Below are positions 28,379-37,955 of a stretch of 64,000 nt of DNA, in pieces; the stretch's first letter is position 1, and every line of letters starts with the position of its first letter. Both the position numbers and the translations under genes were made by a program. The stretch is taken from the IMG/VR virus record IMGVR_UViG_2900261899_000001, positions 32,001 to 96,000 of that record, one strand, 5' to 3'. This DNA comes from a virus (Duplodnaviria > Caudoviricetes). The notes under the pieces were generated by a model. It saw nothing but the letters and a program-made list of their open reading frames with translations. It was not told where the DNA came from and ran no database searches.

Positions 28379-29437
28379 ATGGCCGATATGCACCGCAAGC
28401 TCGACATCAACCTGTACGACACGCACATCGGCATCTGGCAGGACGATGCGAACGATCCTTCGTTCCAGAAAGAGATCTTCGGACCGCTCATCCGCCTGCT
28501 GCACGATCACGGCTGGGTCGTCCGAGCCGACGGTCTGACGCGCTACCGGTCCCTGCGGCCAAACTATCGCCTCGGATGGCGTGGCGACTTGCGGGTCGCG
28601 ATCCAAATCAGTGGGCGTTGCATTGAATTGGTTTTCTGGTCGGGGCTCGCCGAGCCGAGCAATCCGAACGGCCTCCGGTACGACTTCGACAAACGGAAGC
28701 GTGCCCCGTACCTCGACCGGGTCCGCATTGATCTGGAAACCCGGCGCATCCTCACATGGCTGCGCCAGCGCGCGGCGCTCACGATCTCGCCGCCGCGTCA
28801 CGTCCCATGCGGGATCGGTTTTGGTGAGATGAGCGCCGACACTTACATTGATCGATCGATCCGCTCATCCGGCCACTACGTGCCGGAACTCGGGCGCGCA
28901 CGCTTCTACAACGAGCCGCGCGAGCAGACGTCCGGGGACCGCCGGCAGCTCTCGCACGACTCCACCGTGTGGTTCCGCGACCGGAAAGGCCGCGTCCTGC
29001 GCGGGCGCGCCTTCTATAGCCTGGGTCAGAATTGGCTCGTCGCGGCGGGTCGCTGGGGCGTCTACCACGTCCAGCATTGGGATCTGTTCGTGGCGCCACC
29101 CGCGGACCTTCGCGGCAAGAGCAATGCGCGCGCGCGCCGCTCCCGCCTCGAGGGCGAGTTGACGAGGGCCTTGCGGCGCGACGACTACCGCCGCGCCGAG
29201 GTGCTGAAGCAGATCCTGTTCGGTAATGCCCCGATCTACCGGATCTGGTCGCGGAAGAACGACTGCTACTACGCGCCGAATTCGAGCGGCTACACGAGCG
29301 ACGCCTTAGGCGCCGGCCGGTACATGCGCGACGAGGCTGAGAGCGAGGTCCGTCGTGTCCCGCACATCCTCAGTTTGGTAACGCCGGATGGGCGACACCT
29401 CCGGGCGGAAGAACTCGATCAGGCGAAGGCCGCATGA
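28379..29437 (+). CDS. Hypothetical phage protein
   Basis: 352-aa ORF with AGGAG RBS. Confidence 0.75.
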   Translation: MADMHRKLDINLYDTHIGIWQDDANDPSFQKEIFGPLIRLLHDHGWVVRADGLTRYRSLRPNYRLGWRGDLRVAIQISGRCIELVFWSGLAEPSNPNGLRYDFDKRKRAPYLDRVRIDLETRRILTWLRQRAALTISPPRHVPCGIGFGEMSADTYIDRSIRSSGHYVPELGRARFYNEPREQTSGDRRQLSHDSTVWFRDRKGRVLRGRAFYSLGQNWLVAAGRWGVYHVQHWDLFVAPPADLRGKSNARARRSRLEGELTRALRRDDYRRAEVLKQILFGNAPIYRIWSRKNDCYYAPNSSGYTSDALGAGRYMRDEAESEVRRVPHILSLVTPDGRHLRAEELDQAKAA

Positions 29438-29757
29438 CACCGGAAGAAATGACGGCCGCGCGCCATGCGCTCAGCAAGCTCTGGGGGCTCGGCCGTCTGC
29501 TGACCTACGGCGAGATGGCGCACATCCTCCGGCTCCGGCCGGAGAACGGGTCCGACACCGTCACCAAGTGGGAATCCGGGAGGTCGCCGATCAGCGGGCC
29601 GGTCTCGGTCGCGGTCGAGATGATGCTGGCCGGCGCGATCCCGCCGACGAAAGATGAGGCGCTGGCGCTGACCCATGCGCGCACCAGCCCGCGGGGGCCG
29701 TTGGGAGAGAACGCAGTGGGGTGGAAGAAGGGGCAGCGAGGAAAGCACGATGAATGA
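29434..29757 (+). CDS. HTH protein (antitoxin-like)
   Basis: TYGEMAHIL...TVTKWESGRSPISGP. Confidence 0.7.
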   Translation: MTPEEMTAARHALSKLWGLGRLLTYGEMAHILRLRPENGSDTVTKWESGRSPISGPVSVAVEMMLAGAIPPTKDEALALTHARTSPRGPLGENAVGWKKGQRGKHDE

Positions 29758-30343
29758 CGGGGAGGCTCCTCAACCCGAAGACCGGATTGAAAACCATCGA
29801 CCGTATCAATATCTCGCGGCATACGTGAAGTTACGCAACGACATCAGCGAAATATGGTATGACAAGTCCGCAGACGCACTAAAACACTCTGTTGAGTTTA
29901 GTAAGCTCATAATCACCAACCTTCAGATCATCAATGCAGGCGGTCTTCTGGCGGTGCCAACCGTATCGGCAAGCGTTCTTGGGCTGACCGGACTGAATCA
30001 TACTGAAAGGTTGTTATACCTTGGTCTTCCGATGGCTGTTTTTGCCCTTGGGCTCCTGCTCGCTACCCTATGCTCCTACTTTACATACCGGAACTATCTC
30101 GCGCACGCGCACACAGCGGATGCCCAGGCATGGAGATCGACTCTTGAAGTAGAGAATGCGCTGCCGAACCTTGCACTTGATCGAATAGAGCAGACAATCA
30201 GAAACTTGGAGGAGATTGACAAGCTACAGCTGGGGAATCTGGCTGCTGTTCAAAATAATTACATCCGCGTCTTGGTCTGTGGGTGGCTATCGGTCACTTG
30301 CTTTGTAGCTGCTTGCATTATTCTGGCTTTGTTTTCAAAATAG
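29750..30343 (+). CDS. Low-GC membrane protein (moron)
   Basis: Three hydrophobic segments, INAGGLLA motif, lower GC. Confidence 0.7.
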   Translation: MNDGEAPQPEDRIENHRPYQYLAAYVKLRNDISEIWYDKSADALKHSVEFSKLIITNLQIINAGGLLAVPTVSASVLGLTGLNHTERLLYLGLPMAVFALGLLLATLCSYFTYRNYLAHAHTADAQAWRSTLEVENALPNLALDRIEQTIRNLEEIDKLQLGNLAAVQNNYIRVLVCGWLSVTCFVAACIILALFSK

Positions 30344-30354
30344 GAATCTCAGCA

Positions 30355-30555
30355 ATGCGCGATGACGCGGAGCAGGCAATTAACCGTGCCGAAGCCGTCT
30401 TCGTACTGATTGATCCGGCCTATGCCGGCCGCCTCCGTTACGTTGAAATCACCAAGGAGACCGCACTTCGCCTCGTCCTGGCGGATGCGCCCGGACGGGA
30501 GCTCCGACTGGATTGGGCCGACACGGCTCTGTATCTGTTGCCGCCTCTGGGCTGA
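30355..30555 (+). CDS. Hypothetical protein
   Basis: Short ORF with RBS. Confidence 0.45.
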   Translation: MRDDAEQAINRAEAVFVLIDPAYAGRLRYVEITKETALRLVLADAPGRELRLDWADTALYLLPPLG

Positions 30556-30563
30556 CGCGGCGC

Positions 30564-31019
30564 TCAGCGCCTCCCCCGGACAAGCGGCCTGTGCAGCCGT
30601 AGCGACGTAGTGACGACGCCCCAGATTTCGGCTTCGGCGATGTCCTCGATCGGTGTCGCCGGCAGATCTGGGCTGTCGAAGGACAGAAGCGCCCGGTTGC
30701 CTTTCAGGCGATAGCGTTTCAGCGAAGCGGTCCCGTCTATGATCGCGAGCACGATGTCGTCGTGCGCCGGGGTGACGCTGCGATCGACCACGACGATGTC
30801 TCCATCGTGGATGCCGGCGCGGATGACCGACGAGCCCGATACGCGCCATAGGAAGGTCGCCGGCGGATTCGGCACCAGCCAGCGCGGCAACCCAAGCGCC
30901 TCCTCCATGAAGTCGTCGGCCGGGGACGGAAACCCGGCGCACACGGCCGGCCCCATGAGGGGCACCTCGATCGTTCCGAGGCTGTCCACGGGTAGTTCGT
31001 CGTACGTGACGAGATGCAC
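30564..31019 (-). CDS. umuD: UmuD/LexA-like S24 peptidase
   Basis: VCAGFPSPADDF, RVSGSSV, DGDIVVVDRS, SLKR, WGVV. Confidence 0.85.
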   Translation of the reverse strand: MHLVTYDELPVDSLGTIEVPLMGPAVCAGFPSPADDFMEEALGLPRWLVPNPPATFLWRVSGSSVIRAGIHDGDIVVVDRSVTPAHDDIVLAIIDGTASLKRYRLKGNRALLSFDSPDLPATPIEDIAEAEIWGVVTTSLRLHRPLVRGRR

Positions 31020-31040
31020 CTTGTTCTCCCTCGCAGACAG

Positions 31041-31055
31041 GAACACAACGGGAAC
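31041..31055. promoter_or_regulatory. LexA (SOS) box between divergent genes
   Basis: GAAC-ACAACGG-GAAC. Confidence 0.8.
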
Positions 31056-31118
31056 AAGCAGCCGGCGGTTCAATGGTCAAGGCGGCCTTTGGGCAGCCTG
31101 TGGAAAGCGGGGACGACG

Positions 31119-31373
31119 ATGGCGATCAAGACCACCCACCTCGTGCAGAGCTTCGTGATCAAGCGGAAGCGACTGGTGCCCGGCGACCAGCAGCTGGCGC
31201 CGACCGAAAGCGGGGCGCTGAAACGCGCCGAGGCCATGGCCGGGCGGATACCGGGAACGGCCGCGATCCGGATCATGGCCGACGATGAAACCGGCGAGTT
31301 GGAGAGCGCGACGATCCTCGGTCAGTTCGGCCAGGTGCCGGACGACTTCGCCGAGCAGCTTCAAGGCGGCTGA
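31119..31373 (+). CDS. Small SOS-boxed hypothetical protein (related to 8078-8326)
   Basis: VQSF...ALKRAEAM...GTAAI...GQVP. Confidence 0.7.
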   Translation: MAIKTTHLVQSFVIKRKRLVPGDQQLAPTESGALKRAEAMAGRIPGTAAIRIMADDETGELESATILGQFGQVPDDFAEQLQGG

Positions 31374-31662
31374 GATAGCTCGGCCCCGCCGCCCGATCTG
31401 ATCACGGGCTGGCGGGGGAGCGCTTGAATCTCACCAGCGGGTTGGGCCGATACGCAACATGGCCCGGAGAGCATAAGGCCGGCGGCCGGTTAGCCCGGGA
31501 TCAACGGTGCCGCCTCAAGCATGTGTCGGTCTGAGACGACCCGAGGCGTCGGCTGCTTGAGGCCGGCGTGTGGATAGCGGGGATTGCGGGCAAACCTCTG
31601 CGTGCCGTGAACCCAACTTCATCCATCCAACGTTGAGCACCCTGATCGTTCGAGGCCCACCG

Positions 31663-31836
31663 ATGTTCGAGTTCTGGGAAAACGCGCCGGGCTGCTGGCG
31701 CTGGGCCTTCGTCTTCCGGGGCGAACAATTGGCGCGCGCCGAGGAAGACTACACGAGCCGGGGCAAGGCCGCGGCTGCTGCGGAGGTCTTCGCACGAGAC
31801 GTCGATCGTGCTCGGAAGCGAATGGACGTTCGCTAG
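31663..31836 (+). CDS. DUF1508/YegP-like small protein
   Basis: FEFWE...WRW......LARAEEDYTSR..A. Confidence 0.6.
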   Translation: MFEFWENAPGCWRWAFVFRGEQLARAEEDYTSRGKAAAAAEVFARDVDRARKRMDVR

Positions 31837-31958
31837 GTCCAGGAACGCCAAAAGCGCCCGCCACCTCGAAAGGCAGCGGGCGCTATCGCATCGTGACGGC
31901 GGAGATCGGACTTACGGCGGCGGCCGGCTCCCAGCCTCGACGCGAGGGCATTGCGAAA

Positions 31959-32606
31959 TCAGCCCGGAGGCTGGCCGCGTCCTGTGTCGAGAGCGTCGAT
32001 CCGGTGCTGCTGGCGATCGTTGAAAGCCCGGATGTGCTCATCGACGGAACCGCGAAGCATGCCGACGACCCGGTCCTGGGCCTCGAAGCGGCCGGTCAGC
32101 TCCGAGCGGGAGACGACGTTGTCCTCGAGGCGCTTCAGATCGGCGGCGAGCTGGTCGTTCCGCTTCTCGGCCCGCGCCTCGACCCGAGCGATGCGATCCC
32201 GCTGAAAGTCGTAGTCCCGCTCTTGGGCCCGCCAATGCAGTTCGTGCTCGGCACGAGTGACCTGGGTCGCCGCAACCTGCTCGGTCCGCTTATCGGCCCT
32301 ATCCTGCATGACCTGAAGGGCGGTCTTCAGATCGGACATGCCGGAGGTGAGCGGCCAGAAGGCCAACCCACCGACGACGGTAAGGACCGTTATACCGACG
32401 CCGACAGCTGACCAGATCACACCCCAGGGCGTCTGGCCCCGGCGATCGAGCTTGTCGCTCAAGCCAGTGACGGCCGAGGCGACGCTCTGCAGGGTGCCGA
32501 CAATGCCCTCGACCCGTGTTTCCAGCGCCGAGAGGCGGGAGTCGGAAGTCGGCTGCATCTGTTGCTGCTGCATCTGCTGAGGATGCTGGAAGGACTGCTG
32601 GGTCAT
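31959..32606 (-). CDS. Lysis-region membrane protein with coiled coils
   Basis: One TM segment flanked by coiled coils. Confidence 0.65.
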   Translation of the reverse strand: MTQQSFQHPQQMQQQQMQPTSDSRLSALETRVEGIVGTLQSVASAVTGLSDKLDRRGQTPWGVIWSAVGVGITVLTVVGGLAFWPLTSGMSDLKTALQVMQDRADKRTEQVAATQVTRAEHELHWRAQERDYDFQRDRIARVEARAEKRNDQLAADLKRLEDNVVSRSELTGRFEAQDRVVGMLRGSVDEHIRAFNDRQQHRIDALDTGRGQPPG

Positions 32607-32734
32607 GTCATTGAGCCCCCACGGGCAAAAAGACCCCCCGGCCAATGACCGGAGGGTGCGCGCCGATGTTTCGGTCGAGCGGGTGCGGAATTCTCGCGAA
32701 ACCTTCGCGGGAGTTGTGACGGCGGTCGCGCCGG

Positions 32735-33142
32735 TTATCTCGTGAAGATCTTGCGGACGGTGCCGGCGATACCCGTCACACCGATCACGGCCATGACGAT
32801 CGCCCATTCCATCTTGTCGTAGGGCTCGGGCAGAGCGGCCACACGCCAATGGAACAGGAAGGTCGAGTCGAGCACGATCGCGCCGAAGTGCAGCATGCAC
32901 AGCGCGAAGGCGAAGGGGATCATCCATGCGGTCCACGGCGAGAGGTGCTGGGCCGCCCGCTCGGCCGCGATCACCTTCCGCTCCTCGACGTAGGCCGTGA
33001 GCTGCGCCTGGGCGACCGTCGTATCACCGGTGACGTTCTGGCCGTTCGTCAGAACGCTGTTGTCGGACCGCTTGCCGAGGTAGTCGAACAGCTTCCCGAT
33101 GACGCCGGGAAGGCCAAGCACGAGCGACGCGAAGAAGCCCAT
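32735..33142 (-). CDS. Holin-like membrane protein
   Basis: 2-3 TM segments, downstream of endolysin. Confidence 0.65.
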   Translation of the reverse strand: MGFFASLVLGLPGVIGKLFDYLGKRSDNSVLTNGQNVTGDTTVAQAQLTAYVEERKVIAAERAAQHLSPWTAWMIPFAFALCMLHFGAIVLDSTFLFHWRVAALPEPYDKMEWAIVMAVIGVTGIAGTVRKIFTR

Positions 33143-33387
33143 CAGCGTGGTCCTTCGCCGGGTCCGGCCGGCCGCGCCGCATCGCGGATGCTCTTCAGCA
33201 CCGGCGGCAGCGCCAGGCGCGCAAGGGTCAACACCGCGCCGATCTTCACCCCGTACTCGGGCGGCAGAATCAGCGACCAGTCGAAGCCGACCACCGCGTT
33301 GAGGATGTCCGGCAGCGAGAACAGAAGGGCGAGCAGGTAAATCCGCACGCCGACGAGGCGCGCGTTGATGCGCTGGACCATGTTCAT
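33142..33387 (-). CDS. Small 2-TM holin-like protein
   Basis: Hydrophobic, coupled to endolysin. Confidence 0.6.
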   Translation of the reverse strand: MNMVQRINARLVGVRIYLLALLFSLPDILNAVVGFDWSLILPPEYGVKIGAVLTLARLALPPVLKSIRDAARPAGPGEGPR

Positions 33388-33388
33388 G

Positions 33389-34189
33389 TCAGACGTCCTT
33401 TCGCGACAGGGCGGCGTGGAGACGCGACCAGAAGCCGGGCGCGTTGTCGTTGGAGGCCGGCGGCTCGACATCGGCCTTCGCGACCACCGGCACGGTCACG
33501 GGCTTTCCGAGAGCTCCAGGAAGACGCGCGGCGGTCAGCGGCATGCCGCCGGCGACGAGCGCGGCCTCGATCGTCACGGCGTAGCCCGCGATCAGCGCGG
33601 CCTTGTCCGTGCCGTTCACGGTGCGGCGGGCGCCGACGTAGTCGCAGCGTGAGCCCGCGATGAAGTCCTCGAGAGCTCTGCCGGTGAAGTCGCCCTTCAG
33701 CGACAGGCCGCGCGTCACGCCCTCGATCAGGATCTGCGCGGACACGTCGGGCAGGAGCGCCAGGTCGGGATTGCCGGCGAGGTCGAGCCCGAGGAGCGCA
33801 CCCATCTTGCGATAGTTGTCCTCGTGCGTGAGCTGCACGTCGCCGCGGCCGTAAAAGGAGCGCCCGGCGGCGTTCGGCAGCGCGTAGTTCCGGCTGATCC
33901 GTCCCGACGCGAGCAGCCGCGCGACGGCGGCGCGCGCGCTGGCATCTGAGACGGCGAAACCCTCGCGCACCGGCAGCATGCGCCGGCCGGTCTCGTGGAA
34001 GCTCGTCGCCAGGATGTAGGCGAGGTGGCGCCGGTCGAGGATCAGCGCGTGGAGGAAGAAGGCATCGAGCAGCCGGTTCACGCCGTCGACCTGCGACTGG
34101 GCCAGCGCGCCGAACAGCGGACGGACGCCGTCGAAAAACTTGCCGCGATCGAGGCGCGCGAAAGCGCCCGCGTCGGTGGACGTCGCCAT
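33389..34189 (-). CDS. Endolysin, GH19 family
   Basis: LAYILATSFHET, YGRGDVQLTHEDNY, ARRTVNGTDKA. Confidence 0.9.
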   Translation of the reverse strand: MATSTDAGAFARLDRGKFFDGVRPLFGALAQSQVDGVNRLLDAFFLHALILDRRHLAYILATSFHETGRRMLPVREGFAVSDASARAAVARLLASGRISRNYALPNAAGRSFYGRGDVQLTHEDNYRKMGALLGLDLAGNPDLALLPDVSAQILIEGVTRGLSLKGDFTGRALEDFIAGSRCDYVGARRTVNGTDKAALIAGYAVTIEAALVAGGMPLTAARLPGALGKPVTVPVVAKADVEPPASNDNAPGFWSRLHAALSRKDV

Positions 34190-34299
34190 GGTGGTCTCCG
34201 ATTGTCGGGTGGGCCAGTTTTGATCGCGGGCGGGCGATCTGATCCAATGCGCTGAAAATAACGTTTCAGATCAGAAGCTTAGCGATTGACCGAAGTGGT

Positions 34300-34794
34300 C
34301 TATTTTTGACGGGATTTTGATCGGTTGGCCCGGTAAGTCCCGAACACCCGGTCCCAGGCCGTCGTGACGACGCCGAAATTCGCCTCGACGCCGCAGTGAT
34401 GCGCGGCGTGGCGCAGCTTCAGCGCGTAGAGCGGATGCCCCGGCGCGATGGTCCAGTGATGCACGGCGTGGTGGACCGTGATGTAGCCGAGGTAGCCGAG
34501 CGCGAAGCCGGCCAAAATCCCGGCCGGGAGGACGAGGGCGAGCCCAGCGAAGACCGCCAGCGAGTGCCAGGACGTCACGCCGGTGCGGCCGCACGGCTTG
34601 GCGTGGTGCGCGTCGTGCGCAGCCCGGAAGCCCGGCACGCGGTGGAACAGCACCCGGTGGATCGCGTACTCGGCGAGCGTCCAGGTGAAGAGGCCGGACA
34701 CAATGCCGACGAGACCGGCATCACCGAGAACGATGAGCAGCAGGGCTAGGACCGGCATCGTGACGAAGTCGGCATAGTAGGCCAGGCGCGACAT
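34300..34794 (-). CDS. Fatty-acid hydroxylase / sterol desaturase family protein
   Basis: EYAIHRVLFH, HDAHH, HHAVHH, RHAAHH, NFGV...WDRVFGT. Confidence 0.88.
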   Translation of the reverse strand: MSRLAYYADFVTMPVLALLLIVLGDAGLVGIVSGLFTWTLAEYAIHRVLFHRVPGFRAAHDAHHAKPCGRTGVTSWHSLAVFAGLALVLPAGILAGFALGYLGYITVHHAVHHWTIAPGHPLYALKLRHAAHHCGVEANFGVVTTAWDRVFGTYRANRSKSRQK

Positions 34795-34847
34795 ACGCTT
34801 ACTCCTGTCGCACCGGCGCCCAATGGTCGGGCCCCGGTGCGGGTGGC

Positions 34848-35012
34848 TCAAAACACTTTCGCCAAGATCACGGCGGCGACGATCGCCACGATGGCCGTTA
34901 CGGTCGCGAAGCGGGGGTGGGCGGCGACCTGGGCGACAAGCGCGCGCAGGCCAGATTTGGCGGCGGTACCTGCGCCGGCGGCGGCCTCGGTCTCGATGGT
35001 TTTGAGGTCCAT
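34848..35012 (-). CDS. 54-aa protein with C-terminal TM
   Basis: Hand translation MDLKTIETEAAAG...TVTAIVAIVAAVILAKVF; AGGAG RBS. Confidence 0.55.
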   Translation of the reverse strand: MDLKTIETEAAAGAGTAAKSGLRALVAQVAAHPRFATVTAIVAIVAAVILAKVF

Positions 35013-35091
35013 GCTGGTTCTCCTTCAGGGGGCTTACGGCTGCGGGAGCGCCAGATGACGTATCCCGCGCCGATCTTTGGATTCCTGGGGC

Positions 35092-35436
35092 TCAGCCGCC
35101 GTGCGCTAAGCCGACGCGACAGACGCCGGCGCAGCCGATCGCCCGCGCCGCCCCGGCCGAGAGATCGATCGCGCGTCCCTTCACGAAGGGACCGCGATCG
35201 TTGATCCGCACCAGCACCGAGCGGCCGGTGGCTTCGTTCGTCACGCGTATCCGGGTGCCGAACGGCAGTGTCTTGTGCGCGGCGGTGAGGGCGTTCTGGT
35301 CGAACCGCTCGCCGTTGGCAGTCTTCCGGCCGTGGAAGCCGGGTCCGTACCAAGAGGCGATGTCGGCGTGAGCGGGCGCGACGCTGAGCAGGGCGCAGAC
35401 GATCGCGGCCCGCAGCGCGAGGCGCTGCAGGAGCAT
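35092..35436 (-). CDS. rlpA: RlpA-like DPBB lytic transglycosylase
   Basis: [35 protein letters not shown]...IDLS; signal peptide. Confidence 0.92.
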   Translation of the reverse strand: MLLQRLALRAAIVCALLSVAPAHADIASWYGPGFHGRKTANGERFDQNALTAAHKTLPFGTRIRVTNEATGRSVLVRINDRGPFVKGRAIDLSAGAARAIGCAGVCRVGLAHGG

Positions 35437-35470
35437 CGGGGATCTCCGATTTCAGTTGAGGGGAGGGGCC

Positions 35471-35854
35471 TCAGGGGCCGATCGCGAGAACGCTGACGGT
35501 CAGGCCGGCGCCGGCACGTTTCTCGGGCATGCCGCCGATCGCGATGGTGTTGGGCAGGTTCACGAAACCGGATGCCGCAACGAGGGTCCGGCCGGTAGTG
35601 ATCGCGACGGCCGAGTTTGCAATCGTCGTGTCGGCCGACAGCGCCGAAGCGAGGATCTTGGGAACCGCCGTGAACCCGGCCTGCGACAGGTCCACCGACC
35701 AGGCGCCGGTGGACGTGGTGCTCGCTTCGCCAATCCAGAGCTTGCAGGCCGCAACGACGCCCGAGGCGCCGTAGGCGGGGATTGGGATCGTGTCACCGGC
35801 CGGCATCTCGGCGAGGCCGGTGGCCAAGAGGGCGACCGGCTTGCGCTGTGCCAT
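35471..35854 (-). CDS. Virion accessory protein
   Basis: Late-region context. Confidence 0.6.
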   Translation of the reverse strand: MAQRKPVALLATGLAEMPAGDTIPIPAYGASGVVAACKLWIGEASTTSTGAWSVDLSQAGFTAVPKILASALSADTTIANSAVAITTGRTLVAASGFVNLPNTIAIGGMPEKRAGAGLTVSVLAIGP

Positions 35855-35865
35855 GGCCGTCGACC

Positions 35866-36384
35866 TCAATTCCGGGAGACAGGCTCGCCGCGGGTGAACT
35901 GGAGCGTGTTGGCGTCGAGCACCTTGCCGACCTTCTGCCAGGTCTGACCGGCTGTCGCGGCCCCGGCTGTGGCGACCGCGCCGGGCGTCGAGGGCGACAG
36001 GAATGCGTCGCCGACGGTCAGGCCGGTGAAGCCGGGCACGACGCCGCTGCCGAGATAGACGCGGGCGGTGCCGTTGGCCGCAACCGGTCCGAGAACGTAG
36101 CCGTCAGCCGGCTTGCCCTGCGTCGAGCCGTCGGCGTTGCGTGCCGTCGCGGCGCCGCTGTTGGCATAGACGTTCACGAGGCACGGACCGGCCAGCGCCT
36201 CGGAGGCCGGCATGTCCTTGATGTCCGCCGCGACGCCGGGCGGCATCATGGTCGGATCCCAGGTGCCGGTCGTCGGATCGAGGGCGGGGATCTTACCGGC
36301 ATTGGCTGCGCCGCCGGTGGTGACGGGAACGGCCTCGGCGAGTGACGTAGCGCCCTGCACAAGGAAACGCTGGACAGCGGCCAT
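35866..36384 (-). CDS. Virion accessory protein
   Basis: ADGYV...GLTVGD.FLS..PG motif seen in phage structural proteins. Confidence 0.65.
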   Translation of the reverse strand: MAAVQRFLVQGATSLAEAVPVTTGGAANAGKIPALDPTTGTWDPTMMPPGVAADIKDMPASEALAGPCLVNVYANSGAATARNADGSTQGKPADGYVLGPVAANGTARVYLGSGVVPGFTGLTVGDAFLSPSTPGAVATAGAATAGQTWQKVGKVLDANTLQFTRGEPVSRN

Positions 36385-36397
36385 GAATAGCTCCGGA

Positions 36398-37000
36398 TCA
36401 GGATGCGAGGATGACGGCGGGGCCGAGCGCCAGGATCAGGCGGCTCGGTGTCACGAAGGTGCCGACAGGGAACCGGAACCCGGCCTCCGGCGGGATTTGC
36501 ACGAGCGTCCCGGCCGGCCCGAGAAAGGCCGGCCCAGGCGCGTAATTCCACGACGGCTCCTCGACGGGGCCGCAGGTCAGGACGTCGACGGTGGCATCGG
36601 CGAGGGCGGCGCCGAGCGTGAGGCCGAGGACGCTGTCGGCTTGTCTCGGGTCGTCGCAGGACGCGAGCGCGACGCGCCCGGACCCGGTTCTTCGCACGAG
36701 GCGGTGGCCGCCGAGATCGCCGTCGGCGATCAGGGCTTCGACCGGCGAGCCAACGGGGCGCCGGGCGAGCGTGGCCGCGAGATAGCCGAGGCAGTCTGCG
36801 GCCGTGGCATAGGCCTGCTCGTCGAGGCCAGTGATCAGCCCGTAGGGCGCGCAGACGATCACCTCTCCGGTGGTCGCGCGAGCAATACTGATCTGGCCAT
36901 CGACGCGCAGGCTCGCGATCAGCTCTCGCGCCTGAAAGATGCTGGTGTCGCCGCTGATCCGGACGCCCCCGAGCGCCGCGTCGTAACCGACCGCGATCAT
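36398..37000 (-). CDS. Virion accessory protein
   Basis: ATG 37000 overlaps the upstream stop. Confidence 0.6.
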   Translation of the reverse strand: MIAVGYDAALGGVRISGDTSIFQARELIASLRVDGQISIARATTGEVIVCAPYGLITGLDEQAYATAADCLGYLAATLARRPVGSPVEALIADGDLGGHRLVRRTGSGRVALASCDDPRQADSVLGLTLGAALADATVDVLTCGPVEEPSWNYAPGPAFLGPAGTLVQIPPEAGFRFPVGTFVTPSRLILALGPAVILAS

Positions 37001-37716
37001 GTCGAGGATCCCACGAACGTGCTCTCGGGATAGACCAGGACCGAGCGTTTCAGGATGTGGATCGGCACGGTCGAGGTCAGGAACAGGGCCGCCCCGTTCG
37101 CCATCACCTTGTCGAGCGTCTGAAACTCGACCACCAGCGTGACCCGTTCGGGATCGGGGTCGCCGGCGTCCTTGAACAGGTCGGCCGTGTCGGTCGCCAG
37201 AGGCGGCGTCGAACCGGGAACGACACCGGCATCCACGTCGAGGAGGATCGTGCCGTTGGCCTGCATCGAGCGGACCAGCAGGTTCACCTGGATCTTGAAG
37301 CGGTCGGCGAAGGCGCGGCCCCTGACACGGGCGCCGTCCCACAGCGTGAGGCCCGCAAACGGGGGGTTGAGATACAGCGAACTCAGGGCCGGATCGGGCG
37401 TGAAGGCGATCGGCGTGCGGGTCCGCTGCGCGAGGAGGTCCCCCGGTTCGCGCACCGTTCGGCTGTAGCCGACCTGACCGCCGCCGATCGGACCGGGCGG
37501 GCCTTGCGGTCCATCCCGGCCCGGTGGCCCCTGAAACAAGGCTCGCTCAGCTTCGCTCAAGCCGCGCGCGGGAGACGGCGGAGGCGCCCGCCGCGCCCAC
37601 GCCGGCACGTTTCCAGAGGTCGCACCCGGAACCGGCCGCACCGGCGACGCCGGCTGCCCGAAGGGTGGCGCGGACACCGCGGCACCCAAGCCAAACGATC
37701 GGGGATCGGGCATCAC
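36997..37716 (-). CDS. Structural protein with a short collagen-like segment
   Basis: GPPGRDGPQGPPGPIG. Confidence 0.6.
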   Translation of the reverse strand: MMPDPRSFGLGAAVSAPPFGQPASPVRPVPGATSGNVPAWARRAPPPSPARGLSEAERALFQGPPGRDGPQGPPGPIGGGQVGYSRTVREPGDLLAQRTRTPIAFTPDPALSSLYLNPPFAGLTLWDGARVRGRAFADRFKIQVNLLVRSMQANGTILLDVDAGVVPGSTPPLATDTADLFKDAGDPDPERVTLVVEFQTLDKVMANGAALFLTSTVPIHILKRSVLVYPESTFVGSST

Positions 37717-37848
37717 GGCCTCGGGTGACGGTGGCGACGATTGGAGGGGCCCAGTCCTTCAGCCGCCTACCGCGACCGAGGGAGGGGGATTAGACTTGGC
37801 CAGTCGTCTCGCTCGGTTGCCCGCCTTGCGGGGTGACGGCGGGTCGGG

Positions 37849-37885
37849 ATCGTCAAATCGACGATCCCGACCCGCTTGGCCTTAC
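37849..37885. terminator. Perfect 16-bp stem-loop in intergenic region
   Basis: GCGGGTCGGGATCGTC-AAATC-GACGATCCCGACCCGC; no clear U-tract. Confidence 0.45.
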
Positions 37886-37955
37886 GCCGGCGTGGCCAGC
37901 AGGAGGGCGGGGAGCGCTGGGCGCATCATTGATAGGCCGCCTCTGGACACAATCG

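Noticed and set aside
31374-31660. Possible tRNA or structured RNA in intergenic gap
   Set aside because: Several GC hairpins but no cloverleaf or T-loop motif; cannot be supported by eye
32555-32600. CAG-rich tract
   Set aside because: Encodes a Gln-rich N-terminus; no sign of a separate function
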